64,000 bases of DNA, taken from assembly GCA_964187785.1 (NCBI GenBank), contig OZ076409.1, forward strand, positions 86,802,001 through 86,866,000, written 5' to 3'. Below, piece by piece: positions 48,501 through 62,200 of the stretch. Numbering within the stretch: position 1 is the first letter of the stretch; each line of letters begins with the position of its first letter. The DNA comes from Amphiscolops sp. MND2022. Taxonomy: Eukaryota. The notes under the pieces were generated by a model. It was not told the origin of the DNA and searched no databases. It saw only the letters and a list, made by a program, of their open reading frames with translations. The translations under genes and the position numbers were made by a program.

Positions 48501-49850
48501 CGGCAAATGGACATAAGGACTGCCTACCTCAATGCACCCATTGACGAAGAGAATTTTCTGGAGCAGCCAGAAGTGTTCAAGCAAGGCGACGGCGACATGG
48601 TCTGTAAACTGAAAAAATTGTTATACGGGCTCAAACAATCAGTACGCTTTTGGTACGAGTGCCTATCGCATCGACTGGAGTAGCTGGGGTTTCACTCTTT
48701 GCTGCACGACTAGTGTCGCGGAGATAATCATTGCTGGGCACTGGTGTGGGTTGACGACATCGTCTACGGTTCAACCGACGAGGACTTTGAACGATAGTTT
48801 GAGACAGAGGTGTGTAAACAGTTCACAATTGGTGACTTTGGCCCTCTTGCGTGGTTCCTTGGCATTGCATTCAAAGCAGAACAAGACGATTTGACGTTGA
48901 GCCTCAAGCTGTACTTATCAAACTTGCTGACGAAATTCGGGATGCACAACTGCAAGATCGCTTCTACTCCCTTTCCAGAGAATTGTGCACTCAGCAAAGA
49001 CGACCAGCCGGAAGACGTTTCCGAGGATGTTTCTAAGATAGCTCGATGCAACTACCGAGGTCTAGTGGAAGCATCTCTTACCTGGCGATGACAACGAGAC
49101 CTGACCTGGCATTTGCAGCTCATTTCCTGTCGAGGTGCCTCAACAATCATAGTCTGGTTCACTGGCAGGCGGCGAAACATGTGTTGCGGTACCTCAGGGG
49201 CACCGAAGACGTGGGCATCACATACTGGCGGAACTGCGAGGCACACTTGACAGGGTACTCAGACGCGGTCACAGCTGCAAGGATGACCGCAAAAGCGTGA
49301 CTGGATACTGTTCCAGCTACAAGAGTGGCGCAATCTCGTGGTCAGCGAAGAAACAGACATGCGTGATCACGTCAACGACAGAAGCAGCGGTTCACACACT
49401 AAGCGAAGCGGCTAAGGAAGCACTTCACTTACAAGGGATCCTGGAGTGCATTGGCGAGACTAAACATACAAGCATTCTCAGCGACTCCCAATCGTGTTTG
49501 GCACTAGTCTCGAAGGACGATGGTAGCTACAAAGCAAAACACTTTGCCACCCGCCTAGCGTTCCTCAAGGACACGGTAAAGTGAGCACAGAATTGACTTG
49601 AAATTTGTCTCATCAGCAGAGAACATGGCGGACTTATTCACAAAAGGATTGGACAGACTCAAGACGATACAGCATACGAGAGGACTTTCAGCCAAGCGGG
49701 GGTGTCAAGTCTAGATGGCTGACAGCCGATTAGCTGACGGGCTGACCCACAGCCGATGAAACGATAGAGATCAAATTAGATAGCATACTTGACAGGTACC
49801 TGCAAGACAGTGAACTGAATTGTACTTTTTCTGGCACCTGCTGTGCAATA
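45540..49850 (+). mobile_element. Ty1/Copia LTR retrotransposon, decayed (PBS, gag, PR, IN, RT, RNase H, PPT, partial 3' LTR)
   Basis: PBS-like GGTTATGGGGCC at 45540; ATG 45659; two CCHC knuckles; PR 'LVDLGC'; IN 'VHTDVLGP..SDGAQEY..ENGKIER'; RT 'YKARFVARGFTQ', 'LYGLKQS', 'WVDD'; RNase H 'AISWSAKKQ', 'ADLFTK'; PPT AAGCGGGGG then TGTCAAG at 49703. IN lies before RT. Confidence 0.95.
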
Positions 49851-50348
49851 AGGGCACGGTAATAAGTTCGAACGCATAAGTTCGAATTTTAATTTCGAAT
49901 GGACTAAGTTCGAAATTTTCCAAAAATCGGAACAAGTTCGAATCACTGTGTTCGAATTTTGAACAAATCGCCGTAAGTATAAAACGTACCTCTCATATTT
50001 CCCCAATTCATCTAGTGCCCCGTTCCCATCTTGATAAGCGACGTCGAACAGGAGCGAAGACCTAGCGGGAACGGAGAACGGAAAGGTTCGACCTCTGTCA
50101 TTTGGACCAGAAAAATTCGACCTATTTACAGCCACCCGGATAGGAAGTTTCGAGACACCAAGTTCGAATTTTCATATCGGGCATATCCGGTGTGTCAAGA
50201 TTGAAAACCCTTGTGTGAAGGATGTCCAGTTTACACCGGATATGCCCGATAGGAAAATTCGAACTCGGTGTCTCGAAACTATTCCATTCGAACTTATTGC
50301 ACTAGTTCAACTTCGAACTTAGTGAATCGAACATATTGCCCGAAGCCC
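49851..50348. mobile_element. MITE-like foldback element interrupting the Copia 3' LTR
   Basis: Imperfect terminal inverted repeats (gggcacggtaataagttcga / tcgaacatattgcccgaagccc), many TTCGAA palindromes, and an internal ~55-bp inverted repeat (50140-50195 vs 50233-50285). Confidence 0.5.
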
Positions 50349-52078
50349 TTGGAAGTACAGGGTTTTTTATGCGAGAGCAGAGAAGTTTTTCAGGTATCAG
50401 CAACTTGATCAGTACGATCTGAGAAATTCCAGAGAACGAAAATGGACTGTCAGAATTACCAACAATACCTATGGAAAACGATGCTTCTGGGTATCAGGCG
50501 CTGAATTGTGGAACTCACTACCATGTGATCTTGTATTGAGCCCTTCATATGACAGGGTGGGCGGAAGTAGGTCGAAGGAACGGGATCGAAAATCAGAGTT
50601 AGTCCTCAGGTCGACATACCAAATTTTTTGAATGGGATCGAAACAACTCAGATCGAAATTTTTATAACGTAGTCAGATATGTTCACATACCCCTAGTGCC
50701 CTGAATGCAGGAGCGAAGCGAAGCGGAGCGACGTGCCATATGGCCATGCCTCAATGTTGCTACTTGGCGAAGGGAGCGAAGCGACCGAGCCATACAACAA
50801 ATACGATAAAATTCGATCGCATTCCTTTCGATCCCTGCAATTCGATCAAAAGGTTCGACCTCTGTCCTTTCGACCAGAATAATTCGACCTATTTACAGCC
50901 ACCTTATATGACACTTTCCAAGCACGACTAAAGACATACCTATTCTGAACGCTTTGAGTGTTAAAAAAGCGTCATTTACAACTTCAATTTCAACTTCAAG
51001 TGAAAGTTTCATCACGCGTCTCTGTAAAATGCTCTGTCGTTCGCACGACGATCAACGAGTTGGCAGCTTTTTGAAGCAACGGATTTCAATGGCTCTTCAG
51101 ATCGGCAATGCGGCCTGTGTTAGTTCAACTTCGAACTTAGTGAATCGAACATATTGCCCGAAGCCCTTGGAAGTACAGGGTTTTTTATGCGAGAGCAGTG
51201 AAGTTTTTCAGGTATCAGCAACTTGATCAGTACGATCTGAGAAATTCCAGAGAACGAAAATGGACTGTCAGAATTACCAACAATACCTATGGAAAACGAT
51301 GCTTCTGGGTATCAGGCGCTGAATTGTGGAACTCACTACCATGTGATCTTGTATTGAGCCCTTCATATGACACTTTCCAAGCACGACTAAAGACATACCT
51401 ATTCTGAACGCTTTGAGTGTTAAAAAAGCGTCATTTACAACTTCAACTTCAAGTGAAAGTTTCATCACGCGTCTCTGTAAAATGCTCTGTCGTTCGCACG
51501 ACGATCAACGAGTTGGCAGCTTTTTGAAGCAACGGATTTCAATGGCTCTTCAGATCGGCAATGCGGCCTGTGTTAGTTCAACTTCGAACTTAGTGAATCG
51601 AACATATTGCCCGAAGCCCTTGGAAGTACAGGGTTTTTTATGCGAGAGCAGTGAAGTTTTTCAGGTGTCAGCAACTTGATCAGTACGATCTGAGAAATTC
51701 CAGAGAACGAAAATGGACTGTCAGAATTACCAACAATACCTATGGAAAACGATGCTTCTGGGTATCAGGCGCTGAATTGTGGAACTCACTACCATGTGAT
51801 CTTGTATTGAGCCCTTCATATGACACTTTCCAAGCACGACTAAAGACATACCTATTCTGAACGCTTTGAGTGTTAAAAAAGCGTCATTTACAACTTCAAC
51901 TTCAAGTGAAAGTTTCATCACGCGTCTCTGTACAATGCTCTGTCGTTCGCACGACGATCAACGAGTTGGCAGCTTTTTGAAGCAACGGATTTCAATGGCT
52001 CTTCAGATCGGCAATGCGGCCTGTGTTCTAGGAACTGTGAGCGACAGAGATGCGTTCGAAGAAATTTATTACATATAG
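50323..52078 (+). repeat. ~453-bp chimeric tandem repeat built from 3' ends of two LINE classes and a MITE end
   Basis: Units carry 'GKRCFWVSGAELWNSLP..TFQARLKTYLF*' (CR1/L2-type ORF2 end) and 'FLKQRISMALQIGNAACV(LGT)' (RLE/CRE-type end). Full units start at ~51121 and ~51574; an interrupted unit starts at 50323. Confidence 0.85.
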
Positions 52079-53374
52079 CTAATTTTTTTAAACCTCTATA
52101 TCATTGCAGCTTTAAAAAATTCGACCGGTCGACTGCGATAGTTCCTTTTTGAGAAACTGGTTGTTTCTTTTTGCTACTGGGATAGTGGCTGGTATGGGGT
52201 TCCCTACTTTTGTTGCAGACCACGAGTGTGTCTTCTCCCCCCAACATGATGACGAAGATCCATGATTTCTGATAGAGGAAAAAATTTTGAACATTGAAGT
52301 TAATGGTTATTGAAGCCTGAAGCAGGAATTCTACTGTGCCCCCACAGTTACCCCTTTCCTGAATTCAGTTTAGTTTTTCAAAATGGCAATTTTGAAATTA
52401 TTGTGAGTTTTGTTTTCAGAGCTTTGTGGAGAATAGCTCAAAGTGCAACATGGTAAGTTTTGTATTTTATTGATTTTTCGCCAATAATTGGGTTCCCAAA
52501 ATAGATTAAAAGAGTCGACAGAAATCAGCTGATCAAACTCTCTTGAAGGTCCTTGGCACAAAATCGTGCTTTTTCATGCATCTAAGTATGAAGAATTGCT
52601 TAGTTTCTTAAATATTTTTGCTTATACTTGAAATGTATTCTTGTTTATGCTCGAAATACTTTAAGTACAGCAAAGCGGAATTGACTTGGACGCCAGCGCA
52701 AGGCTACCAAAGTTCAGAATTAGTGTTGACAAGTTACTGGAACTTATTTTTCAGATAGATGCTTCTTCCTGATAAATGAAGACATGAAATGTCAAAATAA
52801 AGACTTTGCTAATACTAAGGATGCTTTGCGTGATTTCTACCTTTCTGAAGCTATTCAGCCTTAATTAGAAAGAGGAGTACTTGTCACGGGAGCTCACCCT
52901 AAGGGTGTAAAAATTTTCTTCGTGCTTTCAGTCATAATTAACTTATCTTTTGGTTCTTTTTAAATGTCTGTTTTTGATGTTTTTCTATTATCATGGATAC
53001 GCAGTCTTTGTTTGATTGATTCCTTTTAGTAGAACCGGTGATGACATTAATTGTCAAAAACGTTGTTCATTGACCCGGTTTGTTTAAAAAATTCTGCAGC
53101 TAGCTAAGCGGCGTTCATTTGAACAGTAACAAGGGTATTGCACTGTTTGTTACAGATTTGATTGTAACATTCGAAAAGCTATTAAATAGAGCACATATTC
53201 TTGTTCTTGAACCGGTATGTGAGGTAACAAAAATTAGGTACTAGTTTATTGCCAACACTGAGCAGGATGTGGTGTGTTAAATATAGTTGGGTTATTCGGG
53301 GAAAGGAAAACCGAAAAGAAACCCCTAGATCTCTAACTTCCCTCCTATGTTAAGTGTCCCACTATTTTTATCAG

Positions 53375-54006
53375 GCAACACTGAAGCGCTTCAAGCCTCT
53401 TTTTGACCGGGTGCTCATCGAAAGAATAGCTGCCGAAACAAAAACGAAAGGAGGAATCATGCTGCCCGAAAAGTCTATTGGAAAAGTTCTAGAAGGAAAA
53501 GTGGTAGCTTGTGGACCCGGTAAACGCAACGACAAAGGAGAAACAGTCCCCTTGTCTGTCAAAGTTGGCGACCATGTTCTTTTGCCTGAATTCGGTGGGA
53601 CCAAAGTTGAGCTTGAAGCCAAAGTAAGCAGAAAAAATGTCCATGAACTGGTTCGGGATAGATTTATCATACTAAATTTCTGAGAAGATGCTTCTTTTGC
53701 AAAACGTCAGCTGCTATCTGAAATACGTATCATGTATTGCATCATGAAAGTGCTAAAATTAAAATGAAAGTGAACACGCATCATGAAAGTGCTAAAATTT
53801 TCATTTAAGCAAGGAAACATTCTAGTAGGTTGCCATATTTCTGCGTTTCCAGTGTTTTCTTGATAATTTCCTCTGTCGCAATGGCCAAATCTTGAAATTA
53901 TCGTCATTTATTCATTCTTAGAGACGTCCTAAAGTGAATGAGATGTTTACTGTTTCAGGAGTACCACCTGTTCAGGGACACTGAAATTCTGGCTTGTTTT
54001 GAGTAG
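53375..54006 (+). CDS. HSPE1: 10-kDa chaperonin (Hsp10/Cpn10); exons 53375-53623 and 53959-54006; initiator exon not located
   Basis: 'FKPLFDRVLIERIAAETKTKGGIMLPEK..GKVVACGPG..VKVGDHVLLPEFGGTKV' with tatcAG| acceptor, |GTAAGC donor and tttcAG| acceptor, then 'EYHLFRDTEILACFE*'; phase-0 introns. Confidence 0.95.
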
Positions 54007-56554
54007 AAAGAAGACAGCAGTCACAAGAAGACAGCCTGTATTCTAGTCTATGACAGATGACTTGTTATACACTCACTTGTTCTATACGCTGCCTGTTTCG
54101 CTCAGCGAAATATGAAATTTATTTGTACCTCACGATCTAACTGTTTTGAAATACTGAAAAAGAAATTAAACGGTCGACATTGCTAATTTTTTAATCATCT
54201 GTACTTATCGAGCGAAACTTTCACGATAGCAATCGGCAATAGGATGAGAATGAATGGTAGATTCGCGTTTAAGGTCAGTAGAAAGCGTGCGTTGGAATGA
54301 CTTTTGAAAAGTTAGTCTTTTTCGTCAATTTCAGAAAGTAATGAAAAAAGTTAACTTTTCGGAACTGGAGTATTTGTTAGGGACGTTGTCAAGCTGAAGT
54401 TACGGAGGTTGAAATGTTAGAATACACCGAAAATGACAGCCTTAGAATACGCCCAAATTTCTTGGAGTACGTCAGAGTAGTTTTGACGTCACTTGAGTTT
54501 CATTTTTCTGAATTCTTGATTGCTCATTGGCATTTTAGAACTAACTAATTATGAGTCAGTTAGGAATACAAGCATGAAGGGTCACACCAAAAGATAATTT
54601 TGGTACTGCAACTTTTTTCGAACGAAAAAATTCTGGAAAAAAATCGCAAATTGGGGTTTCTGTGATTTTCAAGCAGAGAACATTTTTACTGCCCTTAAAG
54701 GTCCCCACTTCGAAGCTTTGATGCAACAGTACTCGAAAAACATTGCAAAGCCACTGCGCCTCTTGTATTTTAAAAATCAGACAGTAGTTAATTGGTTGGT
54801 CATTGGTGAAAATGGGGCTCTTTTCTGTTAACCCCCCCCCCCACCACCAAAATTTTTGAAAATAACTTTCCTTAAAAACTTTGGACTAGCCTAATTAAAA
54901 GTAAAACCTTCTTTCATAACAGGAAGTTAACTTCCATTAGAATAGTTTTCCGCTTGAACAAAACATTGTTCACACATTTTGATTACAATTATGTTCGTAT
55001 TAAGTGTTTATTGATGACTCAAAACAGGAAGCTGTTCATTTCTTCATCAAAATGCGTAACTACATAGGGAAAAAGCGTGGAAAAAGTTTGTATCTGAATC
55101 CTAAGCTATCACCGTGAGAATAAATTTGAAAATGAAGCTATCTGGTTTGTATTCAAGTCTATTTGTTATAAGATTTTCACTAATTTTTTATAAAAAAATT
55201 TTGGTGGTGGGGGGGAAAACAGAAAAGAACCGAAAATGGCTAAGAAAATATCAAAAAATTAATTTTTAAGGGGAAAAGGGGGTAGAAAGAAGACAGCAGT
55301 CACAAGAAGACAGCCTGTATTCTAGTCTATGACAGATGACTTGTTATACACTCACTTGTTCTATACGCTGCCTGTTTCGCTCAGCGAAATATGAAATTTA
55401 TTTGTACCTCACGATCTAACTGTTTTGAAATACTGAAAAAGAAATTAAACGGTCGACATTGCTAATTTTTTAATCATCTGTACTTATCGAGCGAAACTTT
55501 CACGATAGCAATCGGCAATAGGATGAGAATGAATGGTAGATTCGCGTTTAAGGTCAGTAGAAAGCGTGCGTTGGAATGACTTTTGAAAAGTTAGTCTTTT
55601 TCGTCAATTTCAGAAAGTAATGAAAAAAGTTAACTTTTCGGAACTGGAGTATTTGTTAGGGACGTTGTCAAGCTGAAGTTACGGAGGTTGAAATGTTAGA
55701 ATACACCGAAAATGACAGCCTTAGAATACGCCCAAATTTCTTGGAGTACGTCAGAGTAGTTTTGACGTCACTTGAGTTTCATTTTTCTGAATTCTTGATT
55801 GCTCATTGGCATTTTAGAACTAACTAATTATGAGTCAGTTAGGAATACAAGCATGAAGGGTCACACCAAAAGATAATTTTGGTACTGCAACTTTTTTCGA
55901 ACGAAAAAATTCTGGAAAAAAATCGCAAATTGGGGTTTCTGTGATTTTCAAGCAGAGAACATTTTTACTGCCCTTAAAGGTCCCCACTTCAAAGCTTTGA
56001 TGCAACAGTACTCGAAAAACATTGCAAAGCCACTGCGCCTCTTGTATTTTAAAAATCAGACAGTAGTTAATTGGTTGGTCATTGGTGAAAATGGGGCTCT
56101 TTTCTGTTAACCCCCCCCCCCCACCACCACCAAAATTTTTGAAAATAACTTTCCTTAAAAACTTTGGACTAGCCTAATTAAAAGTAAAACCTTCTTTCAT
56201 AACAGGAAGTTAACTTCCATTAGAATAGTTTTCCGCTTGAACAAAACATTGTTCACACATTTTGATTACAATTATGTTCGTATTAAGTGTTTATTGATGA
56301 CTCAAAACAGGAAGCTGTTGATTTCTTCATCAAAATGCGTAACTACATAGGGAAAAAGCGTGGAAAAAGTTTGTATCTGAATCCTAAGCTATCACCGTGA
56401 GAATAAATTTGAAAATGAAGCTTTCTGGTTTGTATTCAAGTCTATTTGTTATAAGATTTTCACTAATTTTTTATAAAAAAATTTTGGTGGTGGGGGGGAA
56501 AAGAACCGAAAATGGCTAAGAAAATATCAAAAAATTAATTTTTAAGGGGAAAAA
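54003..56554. repeat. Near-identical 1279-bp tandem duplication starting at the Hsp10 stop codon
   Basis: 'gtagaaagaagacagcagtcacaag' at 54003 and 55282; the differences seen are few (C-run length, isolated substitutions, a small indel). Confidence 0.95.
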
Positions 56555-58026
56555 TAGTCAGAAAAAAACAATTTTGTATTTGCTCACAGGACATATTTTT
56601 CGTTTTAGTTGCTCCGCACAAACACATCCTAAGCGAATGAAAATCGAACATGACAAAATATAGAGAAAACGCCGCTGGGAACATTTTTCGTTCCTTAAAG
56701 TTTTTTCACCTGAGAGTCTACTAGAGATTAATTCCCTTTCCGGCACTGAATGGTCTATCCGTTTTTGAAACTGAGTTATTAGGCAGTTATTAACAGAGAG
56801 ATCTCGGTTACTCCCTCTATAAAGCAGCTAATTCACACTTGAAATATGTGATCTTTTTTCCAATTTCGTGAGTAACGAAGATACTTAATTTTAACACGTG
56901 ATTTCAATTTTTCTGGACAATTACCGACCAAAGTACTCTCATTTTGGTCTATAGGTTGGTGCGATTTTTTTGCATCGTGAGTTAGTCTTTCCGCGTGTAC
57001 GTGGGTTCAAGTCCTGCACTAAAATCAATTTTTGCTTGCTAAGGAAGAAGGGAGACCAAGCCCCTCGTTTGGTTTTTTCGGCTCCGAGCATTTTTAAAAT
57101 TTTTATTTCATAAGAGAATCTCCTTTGTTTTCAGTGGAGAAAACGTATTTTTGGAATCCAAATGATCACGTTTTTGGTATTTGCATTCTTTTCAATTGTG
57201 ACGTGGATTCGGAATTTGACACAAGATTTTTTTCAAAGCTACATGTATGTAGAATTTTTCAGTCGACCTCGGAGCTAAACTGCCTCCAGGAGTGTCAAAA
57301 TGCTTCCCTGGTTGTTAATCTTTTTAAACTGATTGAAAATCAACGTGACCAAAGAGTTTGACTATACATTTGTTTTTTTGTTCGGTAATAGGCGTCTTTT
57401 CTTGAAATTTTTTGCAATTCATTTGTGTGTCTCCCTAAATTTTAAAAATGTTCTCAAGTTAGATATTGCGATTTTCAAGCAAAAACGGTTCCTCATTTGG
57501 CATTGTGTGAATTTTTCGAATATTTTTTACAATTCACTTGGAGGTCTTCTCCCTTTTAACTTTTGTTGATATCAAATGAAATATATTGCGTTTTCAAGCG
57601 TAGTTGCTCTCTTTGGTTTTTTTTAGCACTGCGAAGTGTTTGAATTTGAAAAAAAAATCAAAAACGGTTTCTCACAATTGGGGTTTTATGTTTCAAGCAA
57701 GAGATGAGCTCAATTTGTTAATTGACCTTTGATCTAAATTACAACCAGTGTCGAGCTTCTGCTTGTTTCAAGTTTGAACAATAGTAATACCGTTTTCTGT
57801 TACAGCACATACAACAAAAAAGTGATCTCCGAATTTTCAACGTTCTTCCCGAACTATGTTGGATATTGTGAGGACGAAAGTAAGGATTTTGGAACTGTAT
57901 GCATTGACTAGTTTTCCGATACAGTAAATTTATAACACTGCGTTAAAGATTTTACAAGCAACGCAAGTTCAAATTTTTATTGCTAGCGATATTCTACCTA
58001 ACAGTAGTGTCGATTATCCATGCTCT

Positions 58027-58444
58027 CAGTGATGTTCATTTTTATTTTTTTAAAGTACTTTTTTTGATAAAAAGGAAAACAGTTTTTTTTAAAGGATTCC
58101 TTTAAATTTTTATCATATAAATTGTAAAATATAAAGGAATTTTACAATCACGGTTAAGGAGGATTAATCACAAAGGCATTGTAGTCTGAGTTTGACAGAG
58201 TCCATAGTTAACCTATTTTTCGTCTAATTCGTCTATTTTTGCTGGCGGAAATCCGCGGTCTCTTTTATATTGCCTTGTTGCAAAATTTATTCTACTTCAA
58301 ACTTGAACAAGATTTAAACAAGACATGTGACCTATTTTTTTTATAGTAAAAAGGAATCCTTTAAAGGATTGGCATAAAAAGGAATAAAAATTAAAAGGAT
58401 CCTTTAAATGATCCTTCAAATTTTCCTATCAATGTACATCACTG
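58027..58444. mobile_element. hAT-type MITE (418 bp)
   Basis: TIRs cagtgatgttcatt / aatgtacatcactg with an exact 8-bp target-site duplication CATGCTCT on both sides; subterminal aaaggattcctttaaa repeats. Confidence 0.88.
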
Positions 58445-59248
58445 CATGCTCTCAATTGAGAAAAATGTTTTTGTTCAGTGGTATTTCACCACGTTAAATG
58501 TTGAAAACAAAAGGAAACGATTTTTTATCTATTTTCGTTGGTGTTCATTTGCATATCATAGAATCAAAATTGGGCTGAAAAGTAGATGTTTTGGTCTCCA
58601 AGCAGTTTAAGTCCGAATGTAAAAGTGGGTTTTAGTACTTGAAAGACGGGAAATTTTGGTATCAGTCGAAAGTTCTTTAATACATGTGTGATGTTTGCAA
58701 ACTCTTGAAATATTGATACTAGAAGTTTGTGGAAAAGTCTATTGTACTATTGTTCCAATTGCAAGAAACTTTTGGTTTGACAATTTTTACAAGCTGTAGT
58801 TTTCTTTCGAGTATTCAAACAATATATCTCGTTTCTTTATCACTGAATTGGAGTATGAACCATTTTCCCATTACTGTTTTATGCGATATATCAAATACAA
58901 CAATTACCTACCAGACGAAATCAACTAATCTTAGATTACTGTGCCACTAAAATCTTTTCGTGTGTCGTACTAAAATGCTTAGGACTAAACTTTCTGTGGA
59001 AAAATTTCGTTTCAGAAAATGAATCGTCTGACTGAAACTTTAGGTCAACAAACTCATCACCCTATCCTAGTTATTTCTTTTTACATTTTGCTCTGTGGGT
59101 GTTTCTTCTCGAAATAGATTTTTATCACGAAATCGCGTGCACCTCTGCGATGCCGTATGAAAGGATCAAAATATACAAAAATTTATTATGAAGTCTAAGT
59201 CCTGACAAAAAACTGTTAGATTAGATAGATGGTAATAAACGCCCTTCT

Positions 59249-62200
59249 CTAAGTTTGTTCTGGTTCTATTTCGAGTTCGGGTAAAATGTCTTGCAACATT
59301 TCCTCGAAAATGTTTCTGCAAACATCGTCAGCTTCTTCTGGCTCTCCCTGCACAATAGCAGGTGACTCACTTTCATCATCTACAATTGAATCAGTCAACG
59401 CAATCTCTTGATCGTGAATCATCTCATCTGGGTTTGAAACCGATGATTCTACTTGTTGTACTTTTTCCGCCATTGCTTCGATAGCTACATCAGTTTCTTT
59501 GTCTATACTTGTCGGTTTCTCGTCAACATCTTCATCAAGCACAGTTTTCTTTTCTTCAACAGCAGCTGAAACTTCTGGAACAAGTTGAGAAATCTCTGGT
59601 TCCGTTAGTTCTTCGTGTACCACAGTTGTTGTGTGGTTTATCTGAGACACCAATTCTTCACAAATTTGGTCCAGGGGATCTGGTTCTTTCTCTGGCTCTG
59701 TGGCTCCTAGAAAGTTCGCAATTTTAAAATCAAAAGTTTTTTCATTATATTCAATTCCAGTTTTTGTTCAAAGTAACAACAGAACAATTGAAGTGTGATT
59801 TTTAAATACGAGTTGAAATCCAAAAAAATAGTGGAAAATTATTACTTGCAATAAAACGTCTCAAGAAAGACAATGGAAGCGTGAAATTTACATTTGTAAC
59901 TTTTTGAGATTTGTTGTTTTGGCGTATCTGATTGCTGTCATTATATGTTCTGTTCAAAATGTCCATTCCAAGTTTGATAGGTTAAGATTACACAGAAACC
60001 ATCAAAAACAAGACGCCCGCGGACCAGCGGGATATTTTCCGCCCCAAATCTCTTCGAAAAAGACTACTGGACAACAAATTTGTTCCTTGTTGACTCTTTT
60101 CAACATTCCAATCTACGAAGTCTGTCGAAAATTTGACAAAAATTGCATAAAAACTTTGAAATTTGGAAAATTTTGGGTTTTTTGTCATTTTCGGTTTGAA
60201 TTTGATATATTTTTCATTTAGAAAACAGCCATTATCTCTTCGGAAAAGCATACTGGACAACGAATTCCTGCCATTCCTGTCACGTTGAGCGTTTTCAACA
60301 TTCTAATCCACGAAGTCTATCGAAAATTTGACAAAAATTGCATAAAAACGATAAAAATCGAAAAATTTTGGAATTTTTTTTTATCATTTTTGGGGTAATT
60401 TTTTTTTGAAAAAACGCATTTATCTCCTTAAAGAATACTATTGGACAACGAATTCGTGCCTTGTTGAACATTTTCAACATTATAATCCACGATGTTTATC
60501 GAAAAAATGACAAAAATTGCATTAAAACGTTAAAAGTCAAAAAAATTTGGAAATTTTGTCATTTTTTTGGTAATTTTTCTTTTAAAAAACCGCATGTATC
60601 TCTTCAGAATACTATTGGACAACGAATTCGTGCCTTGTTGAACGTTTTCAACATTTTAATCGACGATGTTTATCGAAAAAATGGCAAAAAATGCACGAAA
60701 ACGGTGAAAATTGGGAAAGTTTTGAATTTTTGTCATTTTCGGGTCATTATGGGGTCATTTCCGTCATTCCCAAAAAAGTCCAAAAATCTTTACAAATACA
60801 TATCGCATGGAACTAAATTGATGTCAGTTGAATTCTGTGAATGTACTTCTTCATATTACGTAAACAATATTTCTTGGCAAATTTTGTAAAAAAAAACCCG
60901 TTTGATTTAAATATTTTCCTTTCCCATATGAAATATGGGCGGAAAATAATAATCGTTAGTTTTTATCTGGTCAGACATATTACAAAAGTTGTTTTTGTTT
61001 TCTACAAAGAATTAAAACTAAATGAATACTGAATATACTTAAAGTTTCACCTCTGAACTGTGTGATGGCACTTAGATATTTCGCCATTTGGATGATCTGA
61101 AGTTGGAGATCATCAGCCACAAACTCCAATTTTTTCTGTTTCTCCAAAGTGGAAATTTCTTCTTCCTCAATCTTACGTAATACAGTTGAGTCCCTTGCAT
61201 TGAAAGCCCTCGTTTCGTGTAAACTCGTCACCCACTTCTGCAATATGTCCTCTGAAACCGGAAGAATATCAAAAATTTAATCATACTTGAGTGAGAATAT
61301 GCTTAATGAAAAGTAAAACGTTTTTTTTCTGGTTTCAATTTTTCGCTTCATGGCTCTTTAACTTCTTGTTGTGTGAACAATCATTTTTATTGGCTATGTT
61401 GCTCGGACTCCAGACATCGAAGTTCGTAAAGGGAACAAGAATTATCGCAGTCACTGGCCTGACAGACAGTCTGAGAACTATTCAATGAGCAGTGTCTAGT
61501 TTCAGCTGTGACTGTTCCTATCTTCTGTGAAATTCTTGTTTTGATCTTCCATTATCTGCTGATTGATCCAAAAAACTCTTGGCAAAGTTGTGGCATTTTG
61601 CGGCATCCAATTTAAAAAGTCCCCAAGTAAACAAGTTCGCCTCGCCTAATTTGAATCTTTTGAGACTCGGATTTATTACTGATACAAGAATTTTTTAGAT
61701 TTGTCAATTTTTGAATTTAAAAATCCTGGTATGAAACAAAGTTTGATGTCGCTAAATTCTATCTTGAGTGTTTGTATGAGCAAAAATTTGTCTACGGTAT
61801 AAAATTTTTCACAAAAGCTTGATTTTTCTTTCTTCCCGTGCCGTCCGTTGAAATAGGAAAATAAGATTCGTAGTTCACCTCTGGTGTCGATACAAGCATT
61901 TCTGAACTCCTTAGTCTGTGAGCCTGAGTCTATGATCTCTTCTGTGATTTGGTTCAGCTCCGATTCGAAAGCGTCGAAGTGCTCTATGAACCTGTTGTTC
62001 TGATCCACCACACACACTATCTTCTCTCCCATCTCGGCTATGGAAGTCTCCAAGCGTTTTTTGTGTCTACCCTGACGCTCTAACTCCTCCACTGTTTCTC
62101 TCCTCCTTTCAGCCAGATTTTTTTCAGCTTGTTTCTGAAGCGAACCTCGGATTTTTTCAGAGAACGTATGCAAAAATTTAGAAATCTACAACACCTACAA

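Noticed and set aside
56940..57020. tRNA gene (GGTTCAAGTCC B-box-like motif)
   Set aside because: No convincing cloverleaf or acceptor stem; at most a decayed SINE head.
59904..60889. ORFs with signal-peptide-like starts inside the intron
   Set aside because: They run through minisatellite units, and the most signal-like one starts at a non-ATG codon; most likely chance frames.
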